DNA of 64,000 nt from Candidatus Eiseniibacteriota bacterium (GTDB lineage: Bacteria > Eisenbacteria > RBG-16-71-46 > SZUA-252): NCBI GenBank assembly GCA_963703225.1, contig OY969801.1:864001-928000 (forward strand), given 5' to 3'. The position numbers and the translations under genes are program-made. Shown piece after piece: positions 18,815 through 32,144 of the stretch (position 1 is the stretch's first letter; each line of letters begins with the position of its first letter). Under the pieces are notes generated by a model. It searched no databases. It was not told the origin of the DNA and saw only the letters and a list, made by a program, of their open reading frames with translations.

Positions 18815-21460
18815 ATGACCCAGACCGAGCTATCCAAGTCCTACGAGCCGACCCAAGTGGAGGGCCGTTGGTACGCCCACTGGGTGGAGCAGGGGCACTT
18901 TCGCCCGAGCGAGGGGCCGGAGGCCCCGTTCGTGATCGTGATTCCCCCGCCCAACGTCACGGGCAGTCTCCACTTCGGTCACGCGTTTGACCACACGATC
19001 CAGGATCTGCTGATCCGCTGGCAGCGGATGAGCGGCGTGCCGACCCTATGGCTCCCGGGGACCGACCACGCCGGCATCGCGACCCAGAACGTGGTGGAGA
19101 AGCGCCTCGCCGAGCAGGGCAAGACCCGCTTCGACCTCGGTCGCGAGGCGTTCATCGCGGAGGTCTGGAAGTGGAAGGAGCACTACCACGCCCGGATCAC
19201 CGAGCAGATGAAGCGCCTCGGCGATTCGGTCGATTGGTCGCGCGAGCGGTTCACCATGGACGAGGGGCTCTCGCGGGCGGTGCGCGAGGTGTTCGTGCGC
19301 CTCTACAAGAAGGGCCTCGTCTACCAGGGGAACCGGATCATCAACTGGTGCCCGCGCTGTCACACGGCGCTCTCCGACGAGGAAGTGAACCACGTCGAGA
19401 CGGACGGCAAGCTTTACTACATCCAGTATCCGATCAAGGACTCCAAGCGGAAGGTCACCGTCGCGACCACGCGTCCCGAGACGATGCTGGGCGACGTGGC
19501 GGTGGCGGTTCACCCCAAGGACAAGCGCTACGCGCCGCTCCACGGGAAGACGGCGATCCTCCCCTTCCTGAGGCGGGAGATGCCGATCATCCTGGACGAT
19601 ACGGTGGACCCCAAGTTCGGGACCGGCGCGGTCAAGGTCACGCCGGCCCACGACCCCAATGACTTCGAATTGGGGCAGCGCCATGGGCTCACCCCGATCA
19701 CCGTGATGGATACCAGCGCGGTGATGAACGAGAACGCGGGCGACTTCAAGGGGCTCTCCCGCGAGGAGGCGCGCGCGCGGATCGTGGAAGCGCTCCAAGA
19801 CCGCGGCCTTCTGCAGCGGGTGGAGCCGCACAAGCACTCGGTGGGCCACTGCGACCGCTGCGACACGGTGGTGGAGCCTTACCTTTCGCTCCAGTGGTTC
19901 GTGAAGATGAAGCCGCTGGCCGAGCCTGCCTACGCCGCGGTGGAGAAGGGCGAGCTGATCATTCTGCCGCGCCGTTGGGAGAAGGTTTATCTCCGGTGGC
20001 TCGAGGGGATCCGCGACTGGTGCATCTCGCGCCAGCTCTGGTGGGGACACCGGATCCCGGTCTGGACCTGCGGCAGCTGCGGCGAGCAGATCGTCGAGGT
20101 GGAGACGCCCAGCGCTTGCCCGAAGTGCAAGGGCACCTCGCTGAAGCAGGACGAGGACGTTCTCGACACCTGGTTCTCATCGTGGCTCTGGCCCTTCTCC
20201 ACCTTGGGATGGCCGGAAGAGACGCCCGATCTCAAGCGCTTCTATCCGTCGACCGTCCTGGTGACCGGCCCCGACATCATCTTCTTCTGGGTCGCGCGCA
20301 TGGTGATGGCCGGATACGAGTTCATGGGGAGGACCCCCTTCGGCCAGGTCTATCTCCACGGCATCGTGCGCGATCCAGAGGGACGGAAGCTCTCCAAGTC
20401 GCTGGGAAACTCCTCCGACCCGATCGAGCTGATGGACCGCTTCGGCGCCGACTCGCTCCGGATGACGCTCGTACTCCTCTCGCCGCAGGGGGCGGACATC
20501 CACGGGTTCTCGGACGAGAAGGTCGATATTGGACGCCACTTTGCCAACAAGCTCTGGAACGCGTTCCGGCTGGTCCAGCCGTATCTTCAAGATTATGAGC
20601 CCGACGAGACGGGGGCGCGGCCCGCGCTGACCGACGCCGACCTCTGGATCCTGAGCACGGTCGCGGCCACGGTCCGCTCGGTGACCCGTAACCTCCGGAC
20701 CTATCGAATCGGGGACGCGGCCAAGGACATCTACGACTTCACCTGGCGCGAGCTCTGCGATTGGTATCTCGAGATGGCCAAGCCCAGGCTCTACGCGGGC
20801 ACGAACGGCCCCGATGCGGCCGCGGTGCGGTACACCATCCACCAGGTGTTCAGCACGGTGCTGAGGCTCCTGCACCCGTTCATGCCCTATATCACCGAGG
20901 AGCTGTGGCACGCGCTCCCCGGGACAAAGGGGGACGTTTGCGTCGCCGAGTGGCCGACGCCGCCCCGCGGCGCGGCCCACCCTGCTGCCGAGGGGAAGAT
21001 CGCGCTTCTCAAGGAAGTGGTGGGCGCGATCCGGAATCTCCGCTCCGAGATGAACATCGCCCCGGCTCGGAAGGCCGCGATCCTGATCCGCGCGGAGGGG
21101 CACGAAGCCGACGTGCTGAATGACCAGCGCGACCTGATCCTGCTTCTGGGGCGCGGGGAGTCGCTCGACGTGGGGGCCAAGGTGCAAAAGCCGGCCGTCG
21201 CGGCCTCCGCCGTGGTCCGAAACCACGAGATCTTCCTCCCGCTGGAGGGGCTCATCGACCTCGACGTGGAGCTGAAGCGGCTCCAGAAAGAGTACGAGCG
21301 AGTGCTCCGCGAGTTCGACATCACCAGGCGAAAGCTCCAGAACGACGATTTTCTCGGCAAGGCAAAGACGGAAGTGGTGGACCGGGAGCGGGAGAAGTTC
21401 GAGACGCTCGGAACCACCAAGGAAAAGCTCGAGCGGAACCTGGAGGTGCTGAAGCGATGA
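18815..21460 (+). CDS. valS: Valyl-tRNA synthetase
   Basis: PPPNVTGSLHFGH, DHAGIATQ, DWCISRQLWWGHRIP, KLSKSLGN, C-terminal coiled coil. Confidence 0.98.
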   Translation: MTQTELSKSYEPTQVEGRWYAHWVEQGHFRPSEGPEAPFVIVIPPPNVTGSLHFGHAFDHTIQDLLIRWQRMSGVPTLWLPGTDHAGIATQNVVEKRLAEQGKTRFDLGREAFIAEVWKWKEHYHARITEQMKRLGDSVDWSRERFTMDEGLSRAVREVFVRLYKKGLVYQGNRIINWCPRCHTALSDEEVNHVETDGKLYYIQYPIKDSKRKVTVATTRPETMLGDVAVAVHPKDKRYAPLHGKTAILPFLRREMPIILDDTVDPKFGTGAVKVTPAHDPNDFELGQRHGLTPITVMDTSAVMNENAGDFKGLSREEARARIVEALQDRGLLQRVEPHKHSVGHCDRCDTVVEPYLSLQWFVKMKPLAEPAYAAVEKGELIILPRRWEKVYLRWLEGIRDWCISRQLWWGHRIPVWTCGSCGEQIVEVETPSACPKCKGTSLKQDEDVLDTWFSSWLWPFSTLGWPEETPDLKRFYPSTVLVTGPDIIFFWVARMVMAGYEFMGRTPFGQVYLHGIVRDPEGRKLSKSLGNSSDPIELMDRFGADSLRMTLVLLSPQGADIHGFSDEKVDIGRHFANKLWNAFRLVQPYLQDYEPDETGARPALTDADLWILSTVAATVRSVTRNLRTYRIGDAAKDIYDFTWRELCDWYLEMAKPRLYAGTNGPDAAAVRYTIHQVFSTVLRLLHPFMPYITEELWHALPGTKGDVCVAEWPTPPRGAAHPAAEGKIALLKEVVGAIRNLRSEMNIAPARKAAILIRAEGHEADVLNDQRDLILLLGRGESLDVGAKVQKPAVAASAVVRNHEIFLPLEGLIDLDVELKRLQKEYERVLREFDITRRKLQNDDFLGKAKTEVVDREREKFETLGTTKEKLERNLEVLKR

Positions 21461-22862
21461 AGCGAATGGTGGGGGTCGCGGTCGCGTTGGTTCTGGTGGG
21501 CGCCGCCCCGGCGGCGTGGTCTCAGGGAAAGAGCGCCGGCAAGCCGGCCGCCGGCTCCTCGCAGGCCGCCGCGGGGGACCGCGACGTCGCGGTCACCGTC
21601 TACAACGAGAATCTCGGCGTCGTGAAAGATCGCCGCCGGTTCACGCTCGCGAGCGGCATTTCGGAGCTTCGGTTCACGGACGTGGCGTCGCTCATCGATC
21701 CGACTTCGGTCCACCTCCGCCCGCTCGGGAAATCGACGATCGAGGTCATCACCCAGGACTATCGCTTCGACCTCGTGAGCACCGAGAAGCTCTTGGAACG
21801 CTATCTCGACCAGCCGGTCGACGTGGCGACCAAGGACGACCAGATCAAGCGGGGAACGTTGATGTCCTACGACCCGTCGTCGCTGGTGGTCCAGGACGCG
21901 GGCGGCGGCCTCACGCTCTTGAACCGGGCCGAGGTGCGTCAGGTGGGGCTCAAGGAACTGCCGAAGGGGTTGATCACCCGGCCGACCTGGTCTGGAAGCT
22001 CAACTCGAGCGCGGCGGGCGAGCAGCCGCTCGAGGTCTCGTACATGACCGGCGGCATGGACTGGCACGCCGAGTACGTGGCGGTCATCAACGAGGCTGGC
22101 ACGAGCCTCGACCTTCAGGGCTGGGCCTCGGTCGAGAACCGCTCGGGCGCGACTTATGACGACGCCAAGATCAAGCTCGTCGCCGGCTCGATCCACCGCG
22201 CGCCACCGCCGATGCGGCCGATGCCCGAGTTCTCGCGCGGCATGGCGGCCGAATCGATGGTGAAAATGGAGGAGCGCGGGTTCTTCGAGTACCACCTCTA
22301 CGAGGTGCCGCTCAAGGCCACCCTCTCCAACAACGAGGTGAAGCAGCTCGGACTGCTCCAGGCGGACGGGATCAAGTCGGCCAAGAAATTCACCTACGAC
22401 GGGCAGAGGGATCCGAAGCAGGTGATGGTCACGGTCGAATTCGAGAACGCGGCCGCTTCGGGGCTCGGGATGCCGCTCCCCGCGGGTGTGGTCCGGGTCT
22501 TCCAGCGGGACAAGGACGAGTCGCTGGAGCTGGCGGGCGAGGATCGGATCGAGCACACGCCCAAGAACGAGACGGTCCGGGTCTCGGTGGGGGGCGCGTT
22601 CGACATCGGCGCCGAGCGAAAGCAGATGGACATGAAGCAGGTCACGCCTCGGCTGGTCGAGACCTCGTACGAGATCACGTTGAGAAACCACAAGGCGGAG
22701 GCCGTGGAGGTGACGGTGGTGGAGCACGCTTACGGCGACTGGGAGATCGTGGAGTCGAGCGCCCCGGCGAAGAAGAAGGACGCGACCACCTTCGAGTTCG
22801 TGGCGCGCTGCGTGCCCGAGAAGCCGTTCGTCCTCACGTACAGGCTCCGGACCCGGTCGTGA
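21457..22862 (+). CDS. DUF4139-domain secreted protein (apparent frameshift near 21987)
   Basis: [58 protein letters not shown] motifs. Confidence 0.88.
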
Positions 22863-25024
22863 CCCAGGGCGGGCTGAGCGGCGGCGCCGAGCGCCCCGTG
22901 CCGGGACGCCCGCGGGCCCTCCTGACGCGGGACGAGCCCCCCGCGTCGTTCAAGCTCCACTCTCCCTATCCGCCGCGCGGCGACCAGCCCCGCGCGATCG
23001 CCGAGCTGACCGAGGGGATCCAGCGGGGGGACAAGCGCCAGGTCCTGCTCGGCGTCACCGGGTCGGGCAAGACCTTCACCATGGCCAACGTGATCGCCGC
23101 GCACGGCCGCCCCACGCTGGTCATCTCCCACAACAAGACCCTCGCCGCGCAGCTCTACGGCGAGTTCAAGAGCTACTTCCCGGAGAACGCGGTGGGCTAC
23201 TTCGTCTCCTACTACGATTACTACCAGCCCGAAGCGTACGTGCCGCAGACCAACACCTATATCGAGAAGGACGCGTCGATCAACGACGACATCGACCGGC
23301 TCCGGCTGGCGGCGACGAGCGCACTCTTGGAGCGGCGCGACGTGATCGTGGTGGCGAGCGTCTCCTGCATCTACGGATTGGGCTCGCCCGAGGATTTCCG
23401 CCGGGAGATGCTCCTGATCCAGAAGGGCGAGCGGATCACCCGCGAGGAGATCTTGCGGCAGCTGGTCCACAATCAATACGCGCGTGGGGATCTCGAGCTG
23501 AAGCGCGGCACGTTCCGCGCGCGGGGGGACGTGGTCGAGGTGCATCCCGCCTACGAGGAGACCGCGGTCCGGATCGAGCTGTTCGGAGATCAGGTGGAGC
23601 GGATGGCGGTGATCGATCCGCTCACCGGGAAGACGATCCAGCTCATCTCGACCGCGGCGATCTATCCGGCCAAGCATTTCGTGACCCATCCGGTGAGGCT
23701 CCAGGAGGGGATCCAAGCCATCCGCGCCGAGCTGACCGAGCGGGTGGCGCTCTTCGAGCGGGAGGGGAAGCTGCTCGAGGCCCAGAGGATCAAGATGCGC
23801 ACCGAGTACGACCTGGAAATGCTGCGGGAGATCGGCTACTGCCCCGGGATCGAGAATTACTCCCGCCCGCTGTCCGGCCGGAAGCAGGGCGAGCGGCCGC
23901 AGTGCCTGATCGACTATTTCCCGGACGACTTCTTGCTCATCATCGACGAGTCCCATGTCACCGTGCCGCAGGTCGGCGGCATGTACGAGGGGGACCGCTC
24001 CCGGAAGCAGACGCTGGTCGACCACGGATTTCGGCTTCCGTCGGCGCTCGACAACCGTCCGCTACGCTTTGACGAGTTTGACGCGCTGGTGGGTCAGGTG
24101 ATCTACGTCTCGGCGACGCCGGCCGACTACGAGCTGAAGCAGGCCGGGGGCGTCGTCGTGGAGCAGATCATCCGCCCCACGGGCCTCGTCGACCCCAAGC
24201 TCTCGATCCGGGCCACCAAGGGGCAGATCGACGACCTCCTGGAAGAGATCCGAAAGCGGGTCGAGGTGGGAGAGCGGGTCCTGGTCACGACGTTGACCAA
24301 GCGGATGGCCGAGGATCTGACCGAGTACCTCTTCCAGGCCGGCGTCAGGGTCCGCTACATCCACTCCGACATCGATACCATCGAGCGGATGGAAATTCTG
24401 CGCGCGCTCCGGCTCCAGAAGGTGGACGTCCTGGTGGGAATCAATCTGCTGCGCGAGGGCCTCGATCTGCCCGAGGTCTCTCTGGTCGCGATCCTGGACG
24501 CCGACAAGGAGGGTTTCCTCCGCTCCGAGACATCGCTCATCCAGACGGCGGGGCGGGCGGCGCGGCACCTGCGCGGGGAGGTCATTCTCTACGCCGATCA
24601 GGTGACCGGCGCGATGCGGCGGGCGATCGAGGAGATGAATCGCCGTCGCGATGTCCAGCTGCGGTACAACGTGGAGAACGACATCACGCCGCAGACGATC
24701 GTCAAGTCGGTGGATGAGATCATGCGGAGCACCTCGGTCGCGGACGCGGCGTCCACGATCGCGGCGGAGGAGATTCTGCCGAGCGCGGCGCTCGATCTGG
24801 ATCGCGACGCGCTCATGGACCTGCTCGAGCGGGAAATGCTCGCCGCGGCGGCCCGCGAGGAATTCGAGGTGGCGGCGGTCTTCCGCGACCGGCTCGACGA
24901 GCTTCGCCTCTCGATGGGAAAGGAACCCGGACATGCGGCTGGAAGCCATCACCCTACCCCTGGTCCGCCTCGCGCTGACGGAGGACCTCGGGGGAGGGGA
25001 CGCAACTACCGACGCGGTCGTTGA
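22859..25024 (+). CDS. uvrB: Excinuclease ABC subunit B
   Basis: [47 protein letters not shown] coiled coil. Confidence 0.98.
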   Translation: MTQGGLSGGAERPVPGRPRALLTRDEPPASFKLHSPYPPRGDQPRAIAELTEGIQRGDKRQVLLGVTGSGKTFTMANVIAAHGRPTLVISHNKTLAAQLYGEFKSYFPENAVGYFVSYYDYYQPEAYVPQTNTYIEKDASINDDIDRLRLAATSALLERRDVIVVASVSCIYGLGSPEDFRREMLLIQKGERITREEILRQLVHNQYARGDLELKRGTFRARGDVVEVHPAYEETAVRIELFGDQVERMAVIDPLTGKTIQLISTAAIYPAKHFVTHPVRLQEGIQAIRAELTERVALFEREGKLLEAQRIKMRTEYDLEMLREIGYCPGIENYSRPLSGRKQGERPQCLIDYFPDDFLLIIDESHVTVPQVGGMYEGDRSRKQTLVDHGFRLPSALDNRPLRFDEFDALVGQVIYVSATPADYELKQAGGVVVEQIIRPTGLVDPKLSIRATKGQIDDLLEEIRKRVEVGERVLVTTLTKRMAEDLTEYLFQAGVRVRYIHSDIDTIERMEILRALRLQKVDVLVGINLLREGLDLPEVSLVAILDADKEGFLRSETSLIQTAGRAARHLRGEVILYADQVTGAMRRAIEEMNRRRDVQLRYNVENDITPQTIVKSVDEIMRSTSVADAASTIAAEEILPSAALDLDRDALMDLLEREMLAAAAREEFEVAAVFRDRLDELRLSMGKEPGHAAGSHHPTPGPPRADGGPRGRGRNYRRGR

Positions 25025-25784
25025 CGAAAGCGCCGCCGGGCGCGCGCACATCGACTCGAAGCAGGAGGGCGTTCTGGCCGGCTCCGAGGTCGCGGCGCTC
25101 GCCTTCCGCGAGCTCGACCCCGACGCGAAGATCGAGTGGCTCGTGGCCGAAGGGGGCGCGCTCACCCGTGGCGGGCGCGTGGCGACGATCGCGGCCAAGG
25201 CACGCGCGATCCTGAGCGCCGAGCGGGTCGCGCTCAACTACCTCCAGCATCTTTCCGGGATCGCGACCCTCACCCGAGCGTTCGTGAAGGCGGTGGAGGG
25301 GACCGGCGTACGCATCCTCGACACGCGGAAGACCACCCCCGGCCTTCGATTCCTCGAGAAGCACGCCGCGCACGCGGGGGGCGCGGTGAACCACCGGTTC
25401 GGTCTCTTCGACGGCGTGTTGATCAAGGAGAACCACATCGTCGCGGCGGGCGGAATGAAGGAGGCCTTCGAGCGCGCGCGGAAGGGGACGGAGGGACTGC
25501 CGATCGTCGTGGAAGCCAAATCGCAGGAGGAGGCGGTGGAGGCCGCCGCGCTCAAGCCCGACCGGATTCTCCTCGACAACTTTACGCCCAGCGCGATCGT
25601 GGCGGTCCTGAAGCGGCTCCCCCGAGGCGGCCCGGAGATAGAAGTTTCGGGCGGGATCCGGCTCGCCAACGTCCGGGACTTCGCGGTCCCCGGCGTCAGC
25701 TACATCTCGGTCGGATCGATCACCCATTCGGCCCCGGCCCTCGACCTGTCCCTCACTATGGACGGGGTGAAGACGGCGGCATGA
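24933..25784 (+). CDS. nadC: Nicotinate-nucleotide diphosphorylase (quinolinate PRTase)
   Basis: [51 protein letters not shown]. Confidence 0.95.
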   Translation: MRLEAITLPLVRLALTEDLGGGDATTDAVVDESAAGRAHIDSKQEGVLAGSEVAALAFRELDPDAKIEWLVAEGGALTRGGRVATIAAKARAILSAERVALNYLQHLSGIATLTRAFVKAVEGTGVRILDTRKTTPGLRFLEKHAAHAGGAVNHRFGLFDGVLIKENHIVAAGGMKEAFERARKGTEGLPIVVEAKSQEEAVEAAALKPDRILLDNFTPSAIVAVLKRLPRGGPEIEVSGGIRLANVRDFAVPGVSYISVGSITHSAPALDLSLTMDGVKTAA

Positions 25785-26572
25785 GCGGGACGGATGGCGC
25801 CCCGGCCGCGAGGCCGGTCCAATTCCTGGGAGTTCCGATCGAGCGCCACGAGTCGATCGGATCGACCAACGACGAAGCGCTCCGCCGGTCTGATGAGGGC
25901 GCGTCACAGGGACTGGTGGTTGTGGCCGCGGCCCAGACCGGAGGACGGGGTCGCCAGGGGCGCCAGTGGTGGGACGCCCCGGGAGCGTCGCTCTCCTTCT
26001 CGGTTCTCCTTCGTCCGACGATCTCCTTGCCTCAATTCCCGCTCCTCGCGCTCGCGATGGCCTGCGCGGTCGCGGACGCCGGAGGCGAAGCGGCGGGAGC
26101 GACCCTCGACATCAAGTGGCCCAACGACGTGCTCCATCGGGGCCGGAAGCTTTGTGGCGTGCTCGCGGAGTCCCGGGTTTCGGGCGGACCCGCGATCGGC
26201 GTCGTGCCGCTGGTGATCGGTGCCGGCATCAACGTGAATCAACTGGATGAGGACTTTCCACCCGAGCTGCGCGAGATCGCGACGTCGCTCCGGCTCGCGG
26301 GCGGCGGCGGAGCGATTCGTCTGGACGACCTGCTCGCCGCCATCTTGGTCCGGTTCGAGCGCCACGTGGGCCTCATCGAAGGAGGAGACGCGACGCCTCT
26401 CTGGACCGAAGTCACGGCGCGGCTCCCCCGGGCGGGGACCGAGGTGAGCGTCCGGAGCGGCGGCCGCCGCATCGATGGTGTCGTGGAGGGAATCACCGAG
26501 ACCGGCGCGCTGAGGCTTCGAGAGCGGGATCGGGACCGCGAGACCGTCATCTCGGCCGGAGAAATGATATGA
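25781..26572 (+). CDS. birA: Biotin-protein ligase (no N-terminal HTH)
   Basis: [32 protein letters not shown]. Confidence 0.93.
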   Translation: MSGTDGAPAARPVQFLGVPIERHESIGSTNDEALRRSDEGASQGLVVVAAAQTGGRGRQGRQWWDAPGASLSFSVLLRPTISLPQFPLLALAMACAVADAGGEAAGATLDIKWPNDVLHRGRKLCGVLAESRVSGGPAIGVVPLVIGAGINVNQLDEDFPPELREIATSLRLAGGGGAIRLDDLLAAILVRFERHVGLIEGGDATPLWTEVTARLPRAGTEVSVRSGGRRIDGVVEGITETGALRLRERDRDRETVISAGEMI

Positions 26573-27018
26573 AGTGCCCGTCCTGCGGCCACCTCGAGGA
26601 CAAGGTGATCGACTCCCGCTCCGCCAAGGAGGGGCAGGCGATCCGGCGGCGCAGGGAGTGCCTCCAGTGCCACCGGCGGTTCACGACCTATGAGACCGTC
26701 GAGACGACGCCGCTCTTCGTCATCAAGAAGGACGGACGGCGGGAGGCCTTCAGCCGGGACAAGATCATGAACGGCCTCTTCCGGGCCTGCGAGAAGCGGC
26801 CGATCCCCGCCGAAAAGCTCCACGCCATCGTCGACTCGCTGGAGGCGGACTTCCTCAAGCAGGGCGTCGATGAGGTGCGCTCGAGCGAGATCGGAGAGCG
26901 GGTCATGGAGGCGCTCCACCAGCTCGACGAGGTGGCGTACGTCCGGTTCGCTTCCGTCTATAGGCACTTCAAGGACCTGAACCAATTCCTCGAAGAGCTG
27001 CGGTCCCTCCTCAAGTGA
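26569..27018 (+). CDS. nrdR: Transcriptional repressor NrdR
   Basis: [30 protein letters not shown] cone, AYVRFASVY. Confidence 0.98.
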   Translation: MKCPSCGHLEDKVIDSRSAKEGQAIRRRRECLQCHRRFTTYETVETTPLFVIKKDGRREAFSRDKIMNGLFRACEKRPIPAEKLHAIVDSLEADFLKQGVDEVRSSEIGERVMEALHQLDEVAYVRFASVYRHFKDLNQFLEELRSLLK

Positions 27019-27785
27019 TCCCGCCGACCCTAGCCAGCGCCTTGGTCCGGGATTCGCCGATGTCGTTCCTCGATCATCTGGAGGAGCTTCGCAGGGCGCT
27101 TCTCCGGGCTTTCGTCGTCGCGCTCGTGCTCGTGGCCGCGGCCTGGGCGTTCTCGGGGCGGCTCCTCGACGCCCTCATCGCGATGCTGGCCCCGGGGCAG
27201 AGGGTTCTGGCCCTGGCGCCCGCCGAGGCCTTCTCCGCACGGATGAACGTGGCGCTCTGGACCGGCGGCCTCCTGGCGGTGCCTTATCTCATGTACGAGG
27301 CGTGGCGCTTCGTGGCTCCGGCCCTGAAGCGCGACGAGCGCCGCTTTGCGGTTCCCTGGATGCTGGCCTCCGCGGTCCTCCTCTACGCCGGGATCGCCTT
27401 CGCGCTCAAGCTGCTCCTGCCGACGATGGTGACGATGCTGGCGTCGTTCGCGACGCCGAACATCGAGTCGAGGCTTTCGCTCACCCCGCTCCTGGGATTC
27501 GCGATCCAGCTGGGGGCCGGGTGCGGCCTCCTGTTCCAGCTTCCCGTCGTCCTCTGCCTCCTCGCATGGTTCGGCATCGTGCCGCCCTCCCGGCTCGCGC
27601 GGGCCTGGCGGCACGCCATCTTCTTCATCGCGCTGGGCGCGGCGGTCATCACCCCGGGCGATGGCCCATCGATGCTCGTGCTCGCGGCGCCGCTCGTGGT
27701 GCTCTACTTCCTGAGCGTGGTCGTCGCGTCGATGCTCTGGAAGATCCGCAAAGGTTCTCGCTCTCCGGATTCGGAGGAGCGCTGA
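27015..27785 (+). CDS. tatC: Twin-arginine translocase subunit C
   Basis: [33 protein letters not shown]. Confidence 0.92.
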   Translation: MIPPTLASALVRDSPMSFLDHLEELRRALLRAFVVALVLVAAAWAFSGRLLDALIAMLAPGQRVLALAPAEAFSARMNVALWTGGLLAVPYLMYEAWRFVAPALKRDERRFAVPWMLASAVLLYAGIAFALKLLLPTMVTMLASFATPNIESRLSLTPLLGFAIQLGAGCGLLFQLPVVLCLLAWFGIVPPSRLARAWRHAIFFIALGAAVITPGDGPSMLVLAAPLVVLYFLSVVVASMLWKIRKGSRSPDSEER

Positions 27786-27814
27786 GGGGAAGTCCGCGGC
27801 GCAAGGAGGAAGGA

Positions 27815-28606
27815 ATGCTGCTCGCGATCGACGTCGGCAACACCGAGGTGACCCTCGGCCTCTTCGAGGGCGCGGAGCTTCGCCGCTCCTTCCGCGTGAG
27901 CAGCGAAACCCGGCGGACGGTGGATGAAGTGGAGCTTCTGCTCCGGCAGGCGTTCCCCGAGCTGGCGGGCAAGGCGGCGCCCGCGGGCCGGCACAGCGCC
28001 GTCCTGGGATCGGTCGTTCCGGCGCAGACCGCGATCTTCTTGGAGGCGGCCCGGCGGATGACCGCGTCCGATCCGCTTGAGGTGACCGCCGCGACCACCG
28101 CCCGGATCAAGGTGGAGTATCGGGACCCCGCATCGGCCGGCGCCGACCGGATCGCGAACGCGGCGGCGGCATTCGCCCGATACGGCGCTCCGGCCATCGT
28201 GGTCGACTTTGGAACCGCGACGACCTTCGACGTTCTGCTCAAAGGCCGGCGATACCGCGGCGGCGTGATCGCGCCGGGCATCCTCACGGGCGCCGAGCAT
28301 TTGGTCCGCCGCGCCGCGCGCCTCAGCGCGTTCGAGTTGAAGCCCCCGCGCCACGTGGTCGGGCGAAACACCGAGGAGAGCCTTCAGTCGGGGGTCTTCT
28401 ACGGCGCCGTGGGGCAGGTCGACTCGATCGTGCGGCGGATCGCGGCCGCGGAGAAGATCAAGCCCAAGGTGATCGCGACCGGCGGGCTGGCCGCGGCGAT
28501 CGCGGCCCACTCCGAGACCATCCAAGCGGTCGACGCCGACCTCACGCTCCACGGGCTCCGGATCATCTACAGCCGCCACGGCAAGTCGCAGCGGCACCGC
28601 CCGTAA
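27815..28606 (+). CDS. coaX: Type III pantothenate kinase
   Basis: [43 protein letters not shown]. Confidence 0.95.
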   Translation: MLLAIDVGNTEVTLGLFEGAELRRSFRVSSETRRTVDEVELLLRQAFPELAGKAAPAGRHSAVLGSVVPAQTAIFLEAARRMTASDPLEVTAATTARIKVEYRDPASAGADRIANAAAAFARYGAPAIVVDFGTATTFDVLLKGRRYRGGVIAPGILTGAEHLVRRAARLSAFELKPPRHVVGRNTEESLQSGVFYGAVGQVDSIVRRIAAAEKIKPKVIATGGLAAAIAAHSETIQAVDADLTLHGLRIIYSRHGKSQRHRP

Positions 28607-28634
28607 CAAGCGGGGCCGGGCACCAAAATCGCTG

Positions 28635-28663
28635 TTGCGCGCCCCGCCGGCTTCCGTTAAATT
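28635..28663 (+). promoter_or_regulatory. Sigma70 promoter of groEL
   Basis: TTGCGC-N17-TAAATT immediately upstream of the CIRCE-like element. Confidence 0.55.
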
Positions 28664-28671
28664 GACCCCGG

Positions 28672-30374
<1,703 letters not shown>

Positions 30375-30431
30375 CTGCGGCGACCCAGGGCGGCCGGCTC
30401 GGCCGCGACACGGGCGCGAATCGCGGAATAA

Positions 30432-30474
30432 AGAGGGCTGCCGGGGCGTACACCTCGGCAGCCCCTTCAGTTTT
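30432..30474 (+). terminator. Intrinsic terminator after groEL
   Basis: GGGCTGCCGGGG / CCTCGGCAGCCC stem followed by TTCAGTTTT. Confidence 0.7.
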
Positions 30475-30603
30475 GGGGCGGGATGCCGATGCCAAAGTGA
30501 ATCGGCCCGCGCCGACTCCGGCGCTCGGGGAATCGTCTTGGTCCGATCGGACCACGGCCGTATCCTCAGTCACCGGAAGGAATTCGAGACCAAGGAGATC
30601 GAG

Positions 30604-31530
30604 TTGAGCTTCGACACGCTGGCCGCCACCCGGGAAGAGTTGGTCCTCAAGAAGAGCGCGCCGATCGCCCCCTACACCACGCTCGGCATTGGCGGCCCCG
30701 CCGACGTGCTCGCCGAGGTCTACACCGAGAAGGCCCTGCAGCAGGTGGTGCGCGAAGCAGTCGCTTCGGGCATGCGCTGGCTTCTGATCGGCGGCGGGTC
30801 GAATCTCCTGGTCGGCGACACGGGATATCGCGGCGTCGTGATCGTGAACAAGATCGAGCACCTGATCGTCAAGGGAACGCGGATCATCGCCGGGGCCGGG
30901 GCCGATCTGGGCGAGGTGGTCGAGACGGCGCGCGAGCACTCGCTTTCGGGAATGGAGTTCGCGATCGATATCCCCGGGACCGTCGGAGGCGCGGTGCGCG
31001 GAAACGCGGGCGCCTTTGGGCGGGCCGTGGCCGACGTCATGACGCGGATCCGGGTTCTCGAAGGGACCGAGCTGGTCGATCGGACGCCCGCGGAGCTGGG
31101 ATTCGCCTACCGTCATAGCAAGCTCAAGGAAAACACCAATATCGTCGTCGAGGCCGAGTTTTCGCTCCAACCGGGCGACCGGGCCGAGATGGACCGCATC
31201 ATGGGCCAGAACGCCGCGCAGCGCGCGCGTCGCCAGGAGAAGGGTCTCAACACCGCCGGGTGCTTCTTCAAGAATCCCGTCCTCCCGGACGGGACCAAGA
31301 TCGCCGCGGGGCAACTCTTGGAGGCCGCCGGCGCCAAGGAGATCCGCGATGGCGGCGCGGGCGTCCACACCCACCACGCCAACTACATCGTGAACAAGGG
31401 TGGCGCCACGGCGCAGGAGATCCTGCGCGTCGCCCGCGAGATGAAGCGCCGGGTGGAAGAGGCCAACGGGATCACGCTCGAAGAGGAAGTGATGGTCGTC
31501 GTCGACCCGCCGGGGAACGGATCGGTCTAG
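30604..31530 (+). CDS. murB: UDP-N-acetylenolpyruvoylglucosamine reductase
   Basis: YTTLGIGGPA, GGGSNLL, IPGTVGGAVRGNAGAFG, YRHS, AGCFFKNP, HANYIVN, LEEEV; AAGGAG RBS before TTG 30604. Confidence 0.95.
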   Translation: MSFDTLAATREELVLKKSAPIAPYTTLGIGGPADVLAEVYTEKALQQVVREAVASGMRWLLIGGGSNLLVGDTGYRGVVIVNKIEHLIVKGTRIIAGAGADLGEVVETAREHSLSGMEFAIDIPGTVGGAVRGNAGAFGRAVADVMTRIRVLEGTELVDRTPAELGFAYRHSKLKENTNIVVEAEFSLQPGDRAEMDRIMGQNAAQRARRQEKGLNTAGCFFKNPVLPDGTKIAAGQLLEAAGAKEIRDGGAGVHTHHANYIVNKGGATAQEILRVAREMKRRVEEANGITLEEEVMVVVDPPGNGSV

Positions 31531-32061
31531 TTGCGGCTGCTAGCGATCGGCGTCGTTCTCCTCCTGCTTAGCCCCACTCCTTCCGCGCAAGCCTGCAGCT
31601 GCAGTTGGGCCGGGCCGTTCGCCTCGGTCGCCCCGTCCGCCGACCTCGTGGTGCGGGGGAAGGTTCTCTCCTACGACAAGAACTCGCTCAAGCTCCAAGT
31701 CTTGGAAGTCCTCCGCGGCAAGGAATCGCGAAAGACCATCCGCGTCTGGGGAGACAACGGCGCGCAGTGCAGCCCCTATGTGACCGCGTTTCCGATCGGC
31801 ACGGAGTGGATTCTCGCGATCCGCCGGACCACATCGGGCGTGAGCCCCGGCTACTTCCCGCGCGATGGAATACCCGGTGAATGGAAGAAGTCCGCCGACT
31901 ATCGGATCTCCATTTGCGGGGAGTTCTGGCTTCAGGTTGTGGGCCAAAACGCGGTCGGAATCGTGCACGGAAAGCTGGCCGATGGGCCAAAGGAACGAAT
32001 CCCGCTCGGCGACGTGCGCACCATCCTCGCCGGCGCGGCCCCCAAGACTTCCGCCCGCTAG
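31531..32061 (+). CDS. Secreted protein with N-terminal CSC motif (TIMP/NTR-like)
   Basis: Signal peptide ending AQA then CSC; ADLVVRGKV; two further Cys. Confidence 0.6.
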   Translation: MRLLAIGVVLLLLSPTPSAQACSCSWAGPFASVAPSADLVVRGKVLSYDKNSLKLQVLEVLRGKESRKTIRVWGDNGAQCSPYVTAFPIGTEWILAIRRTTSGVSPGYFPRDGIPGEWKKSADYRISICGEFWLQVVGQNAVGIVHGKLADGPKERIPLGDVRTILAGAAPKTSAR

Positions 32062-32108
32062 GGCGCCCAAGCCTCTCGCGCTTCGCAAGTAGCCCGCCGA
32101 GCCAGCCC

Positions 32109-32137
32109 TTGACCCCCTTCATCCGGCCCGTTAACGT
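32109..32137 (+). promoter_or_regulatory. Sigma70 promoter of dapL-fol-pan run (probably leaderless)
   Basis: TTGACC-N17-TAACGT, 7 nt before ATG 32145. Confidence 0.55.
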
Positions 32138-32144
32138 CGGGGCC

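Noticed and set aside
30563..30590. SRP RNA-like CCGGAAGG
   Set aside because: Lacks the flanking CAGG and AGCAG and has no enclosing long hairpin.
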